Shown: positions 25,440 through 38,800 of the stretch, in pieces
How the letters are laid out: each line of letters starts with the position of its first letter
Position numbering within the stretch: the stretch's first letter is position 1
Source of the DNA: Takakia lepidozioides
Lineage: Eukaryota > Plantae > Bryophyta
Assembly (NCBI GenBank): GCA_030704615.1
Contig: CM060733.1
Location: forward strand, 16,306,001-16,370,000
DNA length: 64,000 nt
Direction of reading: 5' to 3'
Program-made: the position numbers and the translations under genes
The notes under the pieces: model-generated
Seen by the model: only the letters and a program-made list of their open reading frames with translations
Told to the model about the DNA's origin: nothing
The model's database searches: none

Positions 25440-26335
25440 GTGGTTGTATTTGCTGCAGATCATACCCACTACAGAGCAGCTGTGATTGAAGCAGGACCAG
25501 CTGGACTAGCAGTGGTGGCCACCTTGTTGGACACCGAATGTACACCCATCCTGTGGATTGATCCCCACTTCCAGGCCGGTCGCCTCTCCACGTACAAAGA
25601 AGTACCAAGCAATACCAAGGTGAAACTGTTTCAGCAGTTTGTGACAATTTTACCTAGCTTAGTGCAATTTCCTGACAAGGCTCTCTCTCCCTTTCTTGGG
25701 AGGGATCCTGACAGCGGGTGCCCTCTCTCTCTTGCAGTTGATGGTGAAGACTCTTATCCATGGCATATGGACAGTGGCTACATGCTGACCCCCTCTCACA
25801 TTCCAAAACGGGTGGCCCCTTTCGATACAATTGAAATAGTGGGAAGCAGCCAAGTTCAGCTGTGCTGGTGGCGCTCAAGAATCTGCGTGAATGTGAACAA
25901 CGACCTCAAAAGCTAATCAACTTTTCTGGTCAGCCTCTATTGTACGCAAGCTACATGCCAGACAACTGGATTTTGTTTGATAATACAGGGCTCAAGGGAG
26001 TGGCGGCTGACTGGGCCAGGGTGAATTTGGAAACAGAGAAATTGGAAAGGGAGAAGCTTCTAGAACGTGTTTGTGTGAAGGATATGTGTATCAAAGAACA
26101 GGAGGAGCTTTGGAAGAAATGTACCAAACTTGTAGGTGCAGTTGGGTATAATCGACACCCCTTACCCAAAATTTCAGTGAACAGCCACCAACTGACTAAA
26201 GTTGAGTATGATCCACATAGAGGGAAAATTGCTGATAGTCTTTTCAGATTTGGAACAGCATTTCCTGAGCAACAGTGGATCCCTATGGTAAGGAAGAGTA
26301 TGCTGACGTGGGATTATGGAAGTTCATGGAGTACT
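25440..26335 (+). pseudogene. FAD/NAD(P)-binding pyridine nucleotide-disulfide oxidoreductase-like gene, frameshifted and probably internally deleted
   Basis: AAVIEAGPAGLAVV (Rossmann), WIDPHFQAGRL..YKEVPSNTKVKLF, WILFDNTGLKGVAA, AVGY, FGTAFPE, then (frameshifted) DPYG...VGLWKFM. Confidence 0.7.
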
Positions 26336-29300
26336 CACTGGTTTGCAAAAGCTCATTCCAAACTTATTCAAAATAGTTTGAATATACTTCTTCTGACTTA
26401 AGTGTAAAGTACCCTTGTCCCTGTCTCGTTCAACTTGAATACCCATAAAATAATGAATGTCTCTAAGATCCGTCATATCAAATGTAGCATGTAAACGTTG
26501 TTTTGCATGTTTCAATGCTTCCACATCATTGCTGACTAAAATTGAGTCATCTACATATAGTGCAATGAGTACAAACTTGTCCTCTTTGAATTTAATGTAC
26601 ACATTACTATCTGCTGGAGATGCCACAAAACCTTCAAAGATTAAATAACCATTAAACTTCTGGAACCAGGCTCGAGGTGACTGTTTCAAGCCATATAGGA
26701 TTTTTATCAACTTACAGACCAAGTCTTCTTCTCCTGGAGCAATGAGCCCTTGAGGCCGCTCCATATAAACCTCCTCCTCCAAATCTCCATTTAAGAAGGC
26801 GGTTTTCACGTCCATTTGATGGACCTCCAGATTTGATAGTGCGGCAATAGCCAAAATAGTCATGATAGAAGATATCTTTGCAACAGGTGAAAATGTCTCA
26901 TTATAATCCACTCCTTCTCTTTGAGAAAAGCTCTTGCAACTAGTCTGGCTTTATACCTTTCCACTGATCCATCTGCTTTAAGTTTGAGTTTATAGATCCA
27001 CTTACATCCAACAGTCTTTCTCCCTTGTGGAAGTTTAGTTAGCTTCCAAGTACCATTCTTTAGTAAGGATGCAAACTCTTTATTCATAGCCTCTTGCCAT
27101 CTTGACGACTCTCTACAACTGAGAGCTTCCTTAAATGACATTGGCTCTTCATTTTCAACAAGCATTGTTTGTGACAAATCGAGAGATTTCTCTCTCTCAT
27201 GGACCTGCGAACTTGGATATCAAGTTGAGCCCTAGGTGCTTGTAGTTGAGGTTGAGCCACTTGAACATTTGCTGGAATATTACTTGGCTATGGTGTCTCT
27301 ATTTCCTCATCAGAGCCAGAGTCACAATCTTCGTCCATGTCCAAACCTAGATCCACATCTGATCCCTTCTCAGGCTCACCACCTCGAAGTGTCTTTGGTT
27401 TCCATGCTTCATTGAAAACCACATCAGGACTAACTAACAAGACTTTGTTAGCTAGATCAAACAACCGATAAGATTTACTGGCTTCCGAATAACCCACAAA
27501 AATACTTTCTCTTCTCCTTAGTGACCAGTCCAAACTTCTTCTGGTGTCCTTCCTGGCACAGCACTTGTAGGTACCCTGTTTAATACATAGTTGGTCGTTT
27601 GCACAACATCTGCCCACCATTTGTTGTCTAACCCACTATGCTTCAACATTGTCCTTGCTGCTTCTACCAATGACCGGTTCTTACGTTCAGCCACCCCGTT
27701 CTGCTCTGGGGTGTAATGAGCAGACAATTGATGCTCAATTCCTTCTCTCATGCAAAATTGAGCAAAAACGTTTGACTTGTACTCCCCTCCATTGTCAGAG
27801 CGCAATTTCTTGACTCGCTTCTCTGTCTGTGTTTCCACCAGAGACTTATAGATCTTGAACTTGTCTAAAACTTCACTTTTATTCTTCAGAAAATAAACTA
27901 GTGTTCTTCTAGACAAATCATCTATGAACGTCATAAAGTATTTTGCTCCTCCAATTGATATTGTTTGCATGGGGCCGCAAACGTCTGAATGTACAAGTCC
28001 AACAACTCCACAGCACGACTTCCTCCTCCTTTAGGAAATAAATGCCTATGTTGTTTGCCAAATATGCACTCTTCACAAAAAGAGGTTCCAACTGAGCAAT
28101 CAATATTGAAATCTTGAACCATGTTCTTAGAATGCATCAGACGTAGAGTTTTAATACTGAGATGGGCCAGCCTACGATGCCAAAGATCAACTCTTCTGTC
28201 TTTGACGATTAAGGCACTTTCAGATGCTTTATCGACTAAAGAAGCACACAACTTATACAAGTTACCTTCTCTCACCCCCTTCGCCACCACATCTCCATCT
28301 GTTGTCTTCAAAAGACAATAATTAGCATAAAACTCAAGTTGTAATCCAGAGTCAGTAACTTTACTCACTGACAATAAATTCTTGGTCAACCCTGGAACAA
28401 ATAACACATCATCTATATACTTCTTTCTTTCTTCTTGCATAAAACAAATCTGGCCTTGACCCTGAATTATGTGACTACTGTCGTCTCCCAAGTAAAACTG
28501 CCGAACAAGATCCCATTGTTTGTACTTTACAAACAGATCTTTGTTAGAGGTCATATGTTGAGAAGCCCCCGAGTCAATATACCAGTCATCAAGATCCTTT
28601 GAGAAAGAAGTAGAAAGAGCTGTAACAAATAATTTCTCACAATCAATACTATCAGCATCCTCCACTGAATGAGCTTGGGTATTTCCATCTCCCTTCTTCA
28701 TCTGCCCGTCTGTCATTCTCTTCCTACATTGCTTCGCCATGTGATCGACTTTCTTGCAATAAAAGCATTTACCCTTAAATTCTTTTTTCGTAGGTGTAAG
28801 AGAATCACTTGACAAACCATTTGATGATCCTTTTGTTGGTGTACTACTAAGACTCATATTGTTATTTTTATTTGCTTATGAGGTTCCTTTCTTTTTATTA
28901 AGACCTGATTTCCTTCCAACAAATAAAGCAACACTCTCAGTTGTCCCAACCCCGAAATCTCTTCGCCTCATCTCTTCTTGTAGTAGCATTCCAGTTACCC
29001 TTTCTATAGTCAACGCTTGCTGACTACTAAGAGAAATGACTAGGCTATCAAAAGATTCTGGTAGACTACCTAATAAGGTGACTACCTGATCGTCTACAGA
29101 CACAGGAGACCCTACCCCTGCCAATTGATCAATCAATGATCTAAAGTTACTAACATGCTCTGCTATAGATTCTGATTCAGACATTTTTAAACGGAGCAGT
29201 CGTCTTCTTAAATAAAGCTTAGAAGTAACATCTTTTGTTTCAAATACTGTCACTAAATGATCCCACGCTGCCTTAGATGTTGTAGCTTGACTAACGTGCA

Positions 29301-29541
29301 AAAGCTGAGAGTTTTTTAAGTTTAATAGGATTGATGCAAGTATTTTTCCATCTCTCTTCTCCCACTCTTTCACAACATTTTGATCTGTAGGAGCAGGCTT
29401 CGCTTCAGTCCCGTCTACTATGGACCAAAGATCTCTATCTAATAATAGCATTCGGATCTTAAGCTTCCAAATATGGAAATTTTCTCCATAAAACGTATCT
29501 ATTAAACGGAGTTTTCCCGAGTTCCTGACTACTCCAGCCAT
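26324..29541 (-). mobile_element. Ty1/copia internal region (gag-PR-INT-RT), degenerate, truncated before RNase H, no LTRs found
   Basis: gag 28876-29541; CFYCKKVDHMAKQC, WYIDSGASQHM, LWHRRLAH 27931-28857; RSDNGGEY..PEQNGVAER 27518-27970; YKARLVA, QMDVKTAFLNG, LYVDD 26324-27177. Confidence 0.93.
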
Positions 29542-31249
29542 GCTTACGAATTGATCTAGTTCTCTCTTAGAAACGACACTGTCTTTCCGCCTTGCTCTCT
29601 AAGTGGCTCTAATACTCGGCAGCCCCTTCATTGATGGTAAAAGGGATCTCGGGAGATCGAGGCCTCTTCTTCTTACCTTGTCAAGTCTATGGGATTTTAG
29701 GAAGTGTGACAGTACTTTTGACACATTTTTAGGGAAATGATATGATTTTTACATAAAAGCTTTCCTTTACTCTGTAACTCCTTCATTTCTTCTCTCTTGC
29801 TGCCTCTATATCTAAACATCTTTGAAAATTTCAAGGCCAAGCCTAAAGCCATGGCCCTTCTGGGGTCTTAACTGCAGGGCAGATCACACACACAGCATAC
29901 TGATGCTTGTGTGTAGGGCTCTCTAGAGGAAATCTGATTTAAGCCCAAACAAATTGTTAGTGCCCAGCAAACCAGGACTTGATTGGAGCAACGAAAACAT
30001 TCTTAACATGAGGATTTTGCAGTGGTGCCAGCAGCAATCGAACCTGTACAGATCTGTAGTCCTACTCGGTTCCATGAAATTCAAAGAGACAACAGGTCTT
30101 CTGGGAGAAAACATGCAGCTGCATCCTCAATCAGAGGTGATGGGGATATCAAGATTGTCCTGTTTTGAAGAGCTTCCCTAGTCATTCGACTGCAGACAAG
30201 ATTGTGGCACAGGTGTAGGGAGAATGCCCAATGAGCTGGAGACGGGAGATTCGTTTCCAGGCTCCGATCCAGACGTCTGCTAGCACCAGCCGTGGGACGC
30301 CCCATTGTCGATGAGCGCCTATTAATTATGAAAGTAAATTATGACTTGTCAAGCGTTGTCTGTTTCTAACTTCGACTTTCCAGGAATGGGCAGAAATACA
30401 TCATGTGCGATTTCACTGTATATATTTCCGATGCACAAGCTGCAGTAGAAGAGCATACTTCCCAGTCACATCTGGAAGAGCCCGTGTGGTGTAGACAGGC
30501 CTCCTCTTGGCGACCCCCCGGATATGCGTCAACAGCATGCATCCCAGGTGTACAAATGTGGCCCAGGATCATGCACATTTCCTAGGTAAGATTTCATTTG
30601 AATTATCTGATGTCGATTCCGGTCCGTGGATGGTGGTGGAGAAGCTTCGTAGTTGGGAAATGCCAAATGTAATCTGAGCTGTAGGCTGCTCCGAGGAAAG
30701 TTGTTTAAAGTTACACTGAGTTTCCAAAAACATCCCTTGATTTTCAGCTCCCCAGGTGAGGCAATTTGGAGCTGAAACTGCAGCCTGGCCGGCTAACTGC
30801 CCGCTTTCAAGAAAAACACGGAGATGATTTGGCAAGTCGGATCCGTATAGATTCATGATCCTGTATGTGTGTATTTGTTTTAATTAGAGAACACAAACCA
30901 GTTGAGCATTCATGAATGACGATAACCGGTCATTGATCCTGAATTCAATCAGAGCTGCGAGTTGAACGACGTCGAGGACCAAGAACCCAGACTTTGATCT
31001 TGCTGTTAATAGTGCCGCACCGCAACCAACGCTACCAGGAACTATCAGTCAGTGATATTGACGACTGAATATTTGGGGGATCTCATCATATCAAAGAGAC
31101 ATGCTTGCGTGAAACCGCCTTGTCAACAATGTTGACTATCCCAGCACAATCCTGAGGAAGATTCATGAATATCATTGCAGGTACTCGTGTCTATCTAATC
31201 CACAGTTAGCAAAGACGTGATCCATTGAGTACTTCAACTGTCAGCTAGA

Positions 31250-33567
31250 AGAATGACCGTGGGTTGGCACAAAAAATTTTGTGAGTCCTGAGGAGGACGA
31301 CCATCTGAAAGAAACAATTCGTGAACATCATCTGAACTCCAGGATCAATTTGATTAATTGAAGATGGTACCTGCAAGTTGTGCAGTACGCAAATTCTCTT
31401 CATGGTACAATATGTACAATGGGAAACTCTGTTTTCTAAATTTGGAGTTTCTAAGACTACAATTGTTTTGGATGGATCGACTCTACAGTGAAGTTCTGTA
31501 TACTGAAAGTAAGGGCCCTCTCTCTTTGAGAGAAATCCCAAGAATTGAGAAACGCAGATTCTATGAATGGCTGCAGCTCGCAGGCAAAGGTCTAGTTTAG
31601 TAGCGAGTCAAGTCGCTCCATCAAGTTACACCCATTCACTGAATTCGTGCAAGAAAAACAGTCTCCTTCAGATCGGTGGGGTGGCAGCTTACAATGGCCG
31701 AGTTCGGGCACTAGCAACTAGTAATCTAGCCGGTGGAATGCGACTTGGTCTTTGCGGGCACGCTGCCGTCATTCCCAGCGAGAACCTTGTACTTGTCCCT
31801 GCGAGTGAAGTTTGTGCACTGGAAACTCAGTGTCCCTGCAATAACCCTTTGGATGTAGTTGGCTACCTCCACCGATGTTTTTCCACCCGCACATGTAAGC
31901 TCCATAGGCAGTTGGTTCAAAAATGTAACCTCGTAGACAGGTCTTGGGTTCATGAAGAAGAAGAAAGGATCCATGCCCTTCCACCCTGTGGCGGTCGTGC
32001 CGTGGAACATGGACATTCTGTTGAACATCGCCACGGGGGCGATCTTGTCCGTCAGCTCCGCAAAAAGCGCTGAGAATCGTAGGAGAAATGGCTCCCGGCA
32101 TGTTGTTCCCTCTGGGCAGATGGCTAAGTCTCCTTCTTCCAAAAGCTTGCTGATGTTGGCAGCATCTTGCTCTCTGTTGCGAGTCAAAGCAACCGTCTTG
32201 ATTGGGGAAAGGGCCTCCGAGACACGTGAAATGGAGTATGTGACTGCTGTGATAGGTCGCCCGAGGGCTACCGACAGGAAGATGGGGTCCAACAAGGTCC
32301 GATGGGAGCAGATAAACAGGACTCCCTGCTTTCCATCCTTCACTGCAGGTGGGGGTGTTCCCGTGACCTTTACACGCACCCCGAGGGCAACGTAAGCGTA
32401 GTATGTCAAGGACATGGGGAGCAAGGACCCTGCAGCAATCCGAAGCACGGCAAGAAGGAAACCGATAGGCATCCAGACGAGGGTGAGAAGAGCGTTGAGT
32501 GGAGTAGGGCGTTGCACAAGCCGCCCGTCGTGGAACACGATCGGCTTCGGCAGCTCCTCCTTTTGCACAGCTTGTACCTTGTTGGCGGGCACCACGTAGC
32601 CTTCCTTGCACAGAGCCATGAAGGGGTGGTCAGTCTTGCGGTCGCCCAGGCCAACGTCCGGTGCATCGTCCCCGAAAGCTGCCTTCAAAGCAATTTCTTT
32701 CTTCACACCCACAAGGACACCGGGGGCTTTGAGGAAACCTGTTGCGCGCCCGTTCCTGGTCACCTCGATCTCGGACCCAAGCACCGCATCGGCACCCAGA
32801 TACTCCTTTGCAAAGGTCTCCACCATTATGCGGGGATTGGCAGTCAGAACATAGCGCTTCCCAAAGGAGGAAAACACACGCCATGTCTCTGGGTGCAGAT
32901 CCTCGCAGTAGAACTTTGGCAGAACCGCGCGCGCTACAGTCTCAATTTGAGTCACTTTGAGACCAGCAAAGGTGACAAAGACTAACACCTGGATCCCTGC
33001 TGCTTCTGAGACGAAGTGATAAAGGAACCAAGCAATGGGGGCGAAGAGGAGGAGGAGGAGGGAACGGAGAAAGCCGCCGGCCTCGAATGCCACCAGCATG
33101 AAGTAGGGAAATGAGCTCCGCCCTCTGACCAGGGTGCCATCCAAATCGGATATCACGGTCTGTTTCTCTCGTCCATCGGAGCTGCATTTCTCAATGTAAT
33201 CGAAAGGCTCCGGCCCAGATATCTTCGCCTTCGGACCCATGGTATTATGGTGTTGAGGAAGACCCGATCTGTGTGGGTAGTGCAGAGGCCGATGACGGAG
33301 TGTAGCTCAGTGTATTTGTCAGACACGTCGGAGAGAGAGAGAGAGAGATGAGGGTGGTGGTAGCGGGGAAGAGCGGGTGGGGAGGAAGGGAGGCGATGAG
33401 AGAGAGTGATGGTGTGAGGGAGTGAGCGCAGTGTGCGGGGTAATATACTGGGACACTGGTCAGTCAACCCTCGTTGACAAGGACCTGTGCTCTGGCCTGG
33501 CGCGTCCAACTTAGGTCTTATTATTACCTCGTCCGCCACCCTCTGCTTCTCCGGGTCCTCAAAGCTA
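31250..33567 (-). repeat. Right arm of the inverted duplication
   Basis: Reverse complement of 21421-23738. Confidence 0.95.
31726..33240 (-). CDS. GPAT: Second RAM2-like GPAT copy, 504 aa (AAG>TAG removes the last 5 residues)
   Basis: Translation identical to 21748-23277 up to ...SHSTG. Confidence 0.93.
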   Translation of the reverse strand: MGPKAKISGPEPFDYIEKCSSDGREKQTVISDLDGTLVRGRSSFPYFMLVAFEAGGFLRSLLLLLFAPIAWFLYHFVSEAAGIQVLVFVTFAGLKVTQIETVARAVLPKFYCEDLHPETWRVFSSFGKRYVLTANPRIMVETFAKEYLGADAVLGSEIEVTRNGRATGFLKAPGVLVGVKKEIALKAAFGDDAPDVGLGDRKTDHPFMALCKEGYVVPANKVQAVQKEELPKPIVFHDGRLVQRPTPLNALLTLVWMPIGFLLAVLRIAAGSLLPMSLTYYAYVALGVRVKVTGTPPPAVKDGKQGVLFICSHRTLLDPIFLSVALGRPITAVTYSISRVSEALSPIKTVALTRNREQDAANISKLLEEGDLAICPEGTTCREPFLLRFSALFAELTDKIAPVAMFNRMSMFHGTTATGWKGMDPFFFFMNPRPVYEVTFLNQLPMELTCAGGKTSVEVANYIQRVIAGTLSFQCTNFTRRDKYKVLAGNDGSVPAKTKSHSTG

Positions 33568-35519
33568 AGGACAGCGGGTGATTGTGGGTAAAAGATCCCG
33601 ACTGCCACAGTGCGCTTCCTGCAAGTTTCCCAGCAACTTAAGTATTCCTGCTCTTGTTGGAAACAAAGTAGATAACACAGAAATGATATAATATCCCAGC
33701 GAATGACACGGTAGGGGAGCAGACAACTTCCCGTGTTTGTACGCAGAGTAAACGCGGTTGATTCGCTTGGTCGCAGTCAACTGCGGGGCCCACTTACAGA
33801 CCGCGGACACGTTGTGGGCCCTAAAAAGGCGCCTAGCTATTTTCTATGTGGAAACCTTCTCAGACGGGAAGTTTTCATCCTGATACGAGAGGCACCTTAA
33901 GAAAATTGGAACTCGATGATTTTTGGTTTTTTTTCCCCTTAAAACCCAACTCACCATGCCATTAATGGCGCTTGTATGAACTAGTAATGTCGGTATCTTC
34001 AAATATTACCGATAGGATCAGCCCTTCAGTTTTTTTTCGATTTCTGTTGACAGTCGATAGGTGGGCCAAGAACTAATTTAGAATGAACAAATCAACATTG
34101 TTTGGAATAGCTCAGAGACTCAGACCATTGATTATCATGCAAGACACTAAATATCGCATGTTGAGATTTGAGTTGCATGTTCAGTTTATAAATTAGCTCA
34201 AGGAGCAAATCTGTTGATATATATGTAGTGAATTGTTTGTTGTCGGCTGTGTATTGCTCCATAGATTTATACATGCTATGAATGTTGTATATGAAGATGT
34301 CATTCAGTGGCATTTGCAGGTGATTATTACTATTTCAAACTGGTGGCTACAATAGAGAGAAGACTCCGGCCAAAGCCGACTTAACTAAGAGCTATTTCAC
34401 CTTGCCCCTTTTGGGGGGGGGGGTGCTTCCGCGTGAGCGTGAGAGCGCGTGAGCCTAGGCGGGCTCATGCCATGTCATCAGTTATTGCCACGTTGGCTGA
34501 CGGGTCTGACGCCACGTCAGCCGACTTCGCCAGCGTGCCCGACGTCACGTCATGCCACGTAATTTTCATAGGCATGGCCCCTATAACCGCGGACCGAACA
34601 GGCAAATGGGGGCCTATAGCCGTGGATTGCGCATTTGGCAGACAGGGAACCATGTGTGGGCGATGAGGCGAGGTGCAGAAGAAAGTTTAGGGTTTGTTGG
34701 TGAATGTTGCAGAATGATAATGTTTGTAGAGACTGAAATGGTTGTGGATGTATTAATGTCCAGGTCATTAGTCTACAATGGTCCTCAGATGATTTAATGC
34801 CATGCTAATGTGGTATTTTACGTTGTTGTCATCAGTGTAGAATGGTTGTGGATGAGTTAATGAGGATGAAGCAGAGCCAATGTGGATGGGACACTGCTAG
34901 TATGGATGAATGAGGATGAATAGTTGTGGACAAATATGGATGAAATATCGTGAATGGATGATAGAGTGGATGAATGTTGAGCGAGGATGTCATTCTAACA
35001 TTTATGAAAACCAAGCACAACGATCAATGTCGTTTGCACAAACATTAGAAATTGTGCCTAAAATCCGTCCTGAAGCACTTGATAAGATTTAGTGAATGTC
35101 TGGCATTTGGGGAAAGGTAGACACATGACAACAATGTAGAATAAGACAACACAACAGATGTGAGAGTGATCTTTCATTCTGCGACTTTGTCCGAGTGCTT
35201 ACTGCAACATTCTGGTGTGCAGCACGCTCCTCTTTAGTTATCCTCTTCAGTGTCGACACATTGCGAGCCATTTCAGCACTATACTTCCTGCAACGCACCA
35301 CCTGACCACGGTAAACATGGTGTGGACTCCAATGCGTATTGCGGTCCCTGCCAGTGAGGTAGAAATGTGCACTTGTATGTTACGAGAGTACTGCAATTTT
35401 CATGGTTTTTCATCAGGACCATTATACAACAACATTCAAAATGAATTTGGCTCTCGTTTGTGCATGAGGAGGAATTCCGGGTCTTACAACATTGTGTAAC
35501 AGAAATTGACAAAACGTCT

Positions 35520-35850
35520 GCATTGTCTTCTTGTTTGACCCATAACCAATATTATGCATGAGGATGTTGTCCTTGAACTTGCGCTAAAACCGAGAGTCCA
35601 CCAATCATCCCCTAGGTGCCTTGTCTTCTTGTTTGACCCATAACCAATGTTATGCATGAGGATCCCGCCTTTGAACTTGCGCTGAAACCGAGAGCCCATA
35701 CACCATCCACTAGGTGCCTTGTCTTCTTGTTTGACCCATAACCAATGTTAGGCATCAGGAGGCTGCCTTAGAACTTGCGTTTGACCCGAGAATCAATACA
35801 TACATCATCCCCTAGGTGCCTTGTCTTCTTGTTTGACCCATGACCAACCA
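35520..35850 (-). repeat. RPL32: ~3.3 tandem ~100-bp copies of a captured ribosomal protein eL32 coding fragment
   Basis: Minus-strand translations [29 protein letters not shown] and [28 protein letters not shown]. Confidence 0.85.
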
Positions 35851-38800
35851 TTTGCTGTACATTTCAATCAAAGCCTACAAGCCAAGATATAACTATCTAC
35901 TGTATGAAGTGCATAGAAGCCATTGTTGTAAATGCATACACGGCAAGAAAATGAGAAACCATCTTTTAACAACATTACAACGAACATGCACAAATTTTAT
36001 TACAAAGTTGTGGAGGGACACAAAATGTCTGAAACTGTGAACATCACGAGACCCCCCAAAATGATGAAATTTGCATTTCAGTCACTAGAACTATCCCCTG
36101 AAACTTGTGCAGTATCATCGACGTAAACCCGAGCTCTGAGGTGCTTGTTGTGCTTTCGAGCACATGGGGGAGATAACATGAAACTCTGTTGACGAGCAAT
36201 GGCCTCCGCGTAGTCGGGTAGGATGTATGAACGTGGAGGGCTGCACCACAAGTCACTGTGAATAAAAGAGACGTCGACCAAAGGAATAGCTTTCAATACC
36301 CTGCCACCCAAAGAACCACAATTGCATTAGCCACCATTAATGGGAAAGGGGGGGCCGTTTCCGAGGGAGAAATCGGATGCTTACAGAAAAACAACTTACT
36401 CACATGCGAAATCGTCGTCCAAAACTTTGTCATCCCCTTCGTTGATTTCCACATGCACTATACCCTCCTGTTGTTGGGCGGCAGGTGCCGGCGCTGGCGC
36501 TTCCAAGTTATAGAGGAGGTCATTGAAAATGTCCGCATCCCCTTCCATACCAAACAAATGCCTCCCCGCTGCCTTGCAAGCATGGTACGAAGCTCCTGCA
36601 AGACATAGTACTCTTAGGACACATATAAACAAATTTTGCACCAAGAAGAAAACACCACAGCAGGTTCGGGGTGAAACCTGTGCCAAGAGTGAGGTCCACG
36701 ATACGTGCCCCCGGATGGGAACAAGTCTCCACAATTGTTTGAATAAATGCTGGGCTCTTCTCCTTGGCCCCTCTCCATGGTGTGCAGTTGGATTTTTGCA
36801 AGCATACATTGGAATCCACGTAATTGTAGTGCATGTCGTCCACCACTGGATCAAACTTATCGTTGATGAAACAACCTCCCCCATGAAGCCTGAACTCCTT
36901 CACTGCTGTGGGAGTTGAAGCAGGGTGCACTCTGACGAGGCAGACGGCCTCAAAAAAGGCGGGTCTACACACAAGACAACATGAGGCACATATTAGTGAA
37001 TCCAAAAAAATTCATCTGGAAAGAACAGTGCTTGCAACCTCTGAAAATGAGTGCGTCGACGCACTCATTTCTGCAGGGGTGAAATGGAACTTCAAATGAA
37101 GCAGGTAAGAGAAAGTCGATTACCATTTGTCCGGGACAGTCGCCCTTTGTCAAGTACAGGCTGTTCACACCATTCCACATTTTGATGATTTTCATCCCCG
37201 AGGCCTTGAGGTAGCTTGCAAGCTCATGGCGACATTTCGTATTGACCGACTGGATCATTACAAGAACCCATGCATCCGATAAAAAAAAATTGCAAAATGA
37301 AAAGACCCACCGCCAGTACCTCTCATCAAATGCATTCCATGTTGGGCAAGTGCCTGTGGGTAGAATGTCCGGTACTGGCAACCTATCCGGAATGTCCACA
37401 ATCACCATGTCGGCACAACATGGTTTCAGGGAACCATTGACCCAACACTGCCCTTTCGAAACCTGAAAACAGACAGACGGCAAAAATTAAATAACTATCC
37501 AAAAGGGAAAACAGTAAATGAGACAAACAATGGGAATTGGCTTATCGAGTCAAGGAATGCACACAGCTTGCCCCAAGTTCGAGAGGGTTCTCCAGCGTAA
37601 CCAGATTTTCTGCTTTCCATCATGGCAAGGAATGAATCATTGACAATCTCGCATTTACATTCTCGCTGGATTCTGGATAGGTGCTCCACTGCGTCGTATG
37701 GCTCAATCTTCCCCTTACGTTTTCGTTCCTTGTTTCCAATTGGGGGTCTGCGCTACCTCACCCCCCGCAGTCTCCCCTTGGGTGGCTTTCTCCTTCCCTT
37801 TGTCATTTGTACCATTTCTCTTTCCCTTCCCTCTCGCAGGAGTTTTGTTGGCTGCGGGTTCCTTCTCAGCGAGGTTTCGCAGATTCCTCTCATGCAATTC
37901 CTTGTCAGTAAGAGGGGCCAAAGACTCTGCATTGTCGTTCTGGTTCCGTGTCTACAACTCATACCAGGGGCAATCTGATTTCGGAATGTCTAGATACCAG
38001 TAGCAGTCTTTCAGATGATATCTCCCGTAGTCTCTGAGGATGGCTGCAATGTACATGGTCTGACTGTTAGAGGGGTCAGAGCACAAGTCGATGAAGGCAG
38101 GGTACTTACTGAGGTTTTTTCCCAGAATGAGCACGTTCTTGATATACCTACAAAACAAAAGAGGTACACTTTTAGACATTGAAGGCAAAAAAGCATATAC
38201 TGCAGCCCTCCCAAAATGCGTGCGTCGATGCACACAGTTTGGGGTGCACAAATACTTGAGCATTAGGCAACCGAAATACACTCACTAGTACCAATGCAAG
38301 AACATGAGAAAACAAAGGGTTCCATATGCAGAAAGATATCCCTTTCTCGGCAGACAGATATTCCATTCAGAGCTGCCAACGAAACAATGAAATCCATGAT
38401 GGAGGAGAGAACACATCTGAGTTTGTGGCTTTCCAAAACTGCGTGCGTTGGCGCACGCAGTTTTGCATGGCCAAAAACTGCCTGTCTACTGATTGCCAAA
38501 GATAGTTTTCAAACATAAAACAAAACTAATGAACCTGTATAGGACCCTCTTCATGGCTCCCTCCGCCCCGTACTGCTGGTCAAAGTCATTTGTGCGGGAG
38601 ATTCCTCCATCTCGGGAAAACTCTCTGAAGAAGCAGTTGCTCCAAGCAGTGGCCTTCCACTGCCTCAAGTAATCCTCCAGAGTGTCCTCGGGCACGGTCA
38701 TGGTAATTTTGTAGTCATAAAGCTGTTTCTCCAGCACCTGGTTTGCACGAGCTTTAATCTGCAGGTATTCATATGCATGCGTTAGAGTCCATTCATGGGA

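Noticed and set aside
29600-31120. Short ORFs in the GPAT spacer
   Set aside because: No recognisable motifs or consistent frame
34340-34352. 9-bp MULE target-site duplication
   Set aside because: Left flank (ggtggctac) and right flank (tcattgata) do not match
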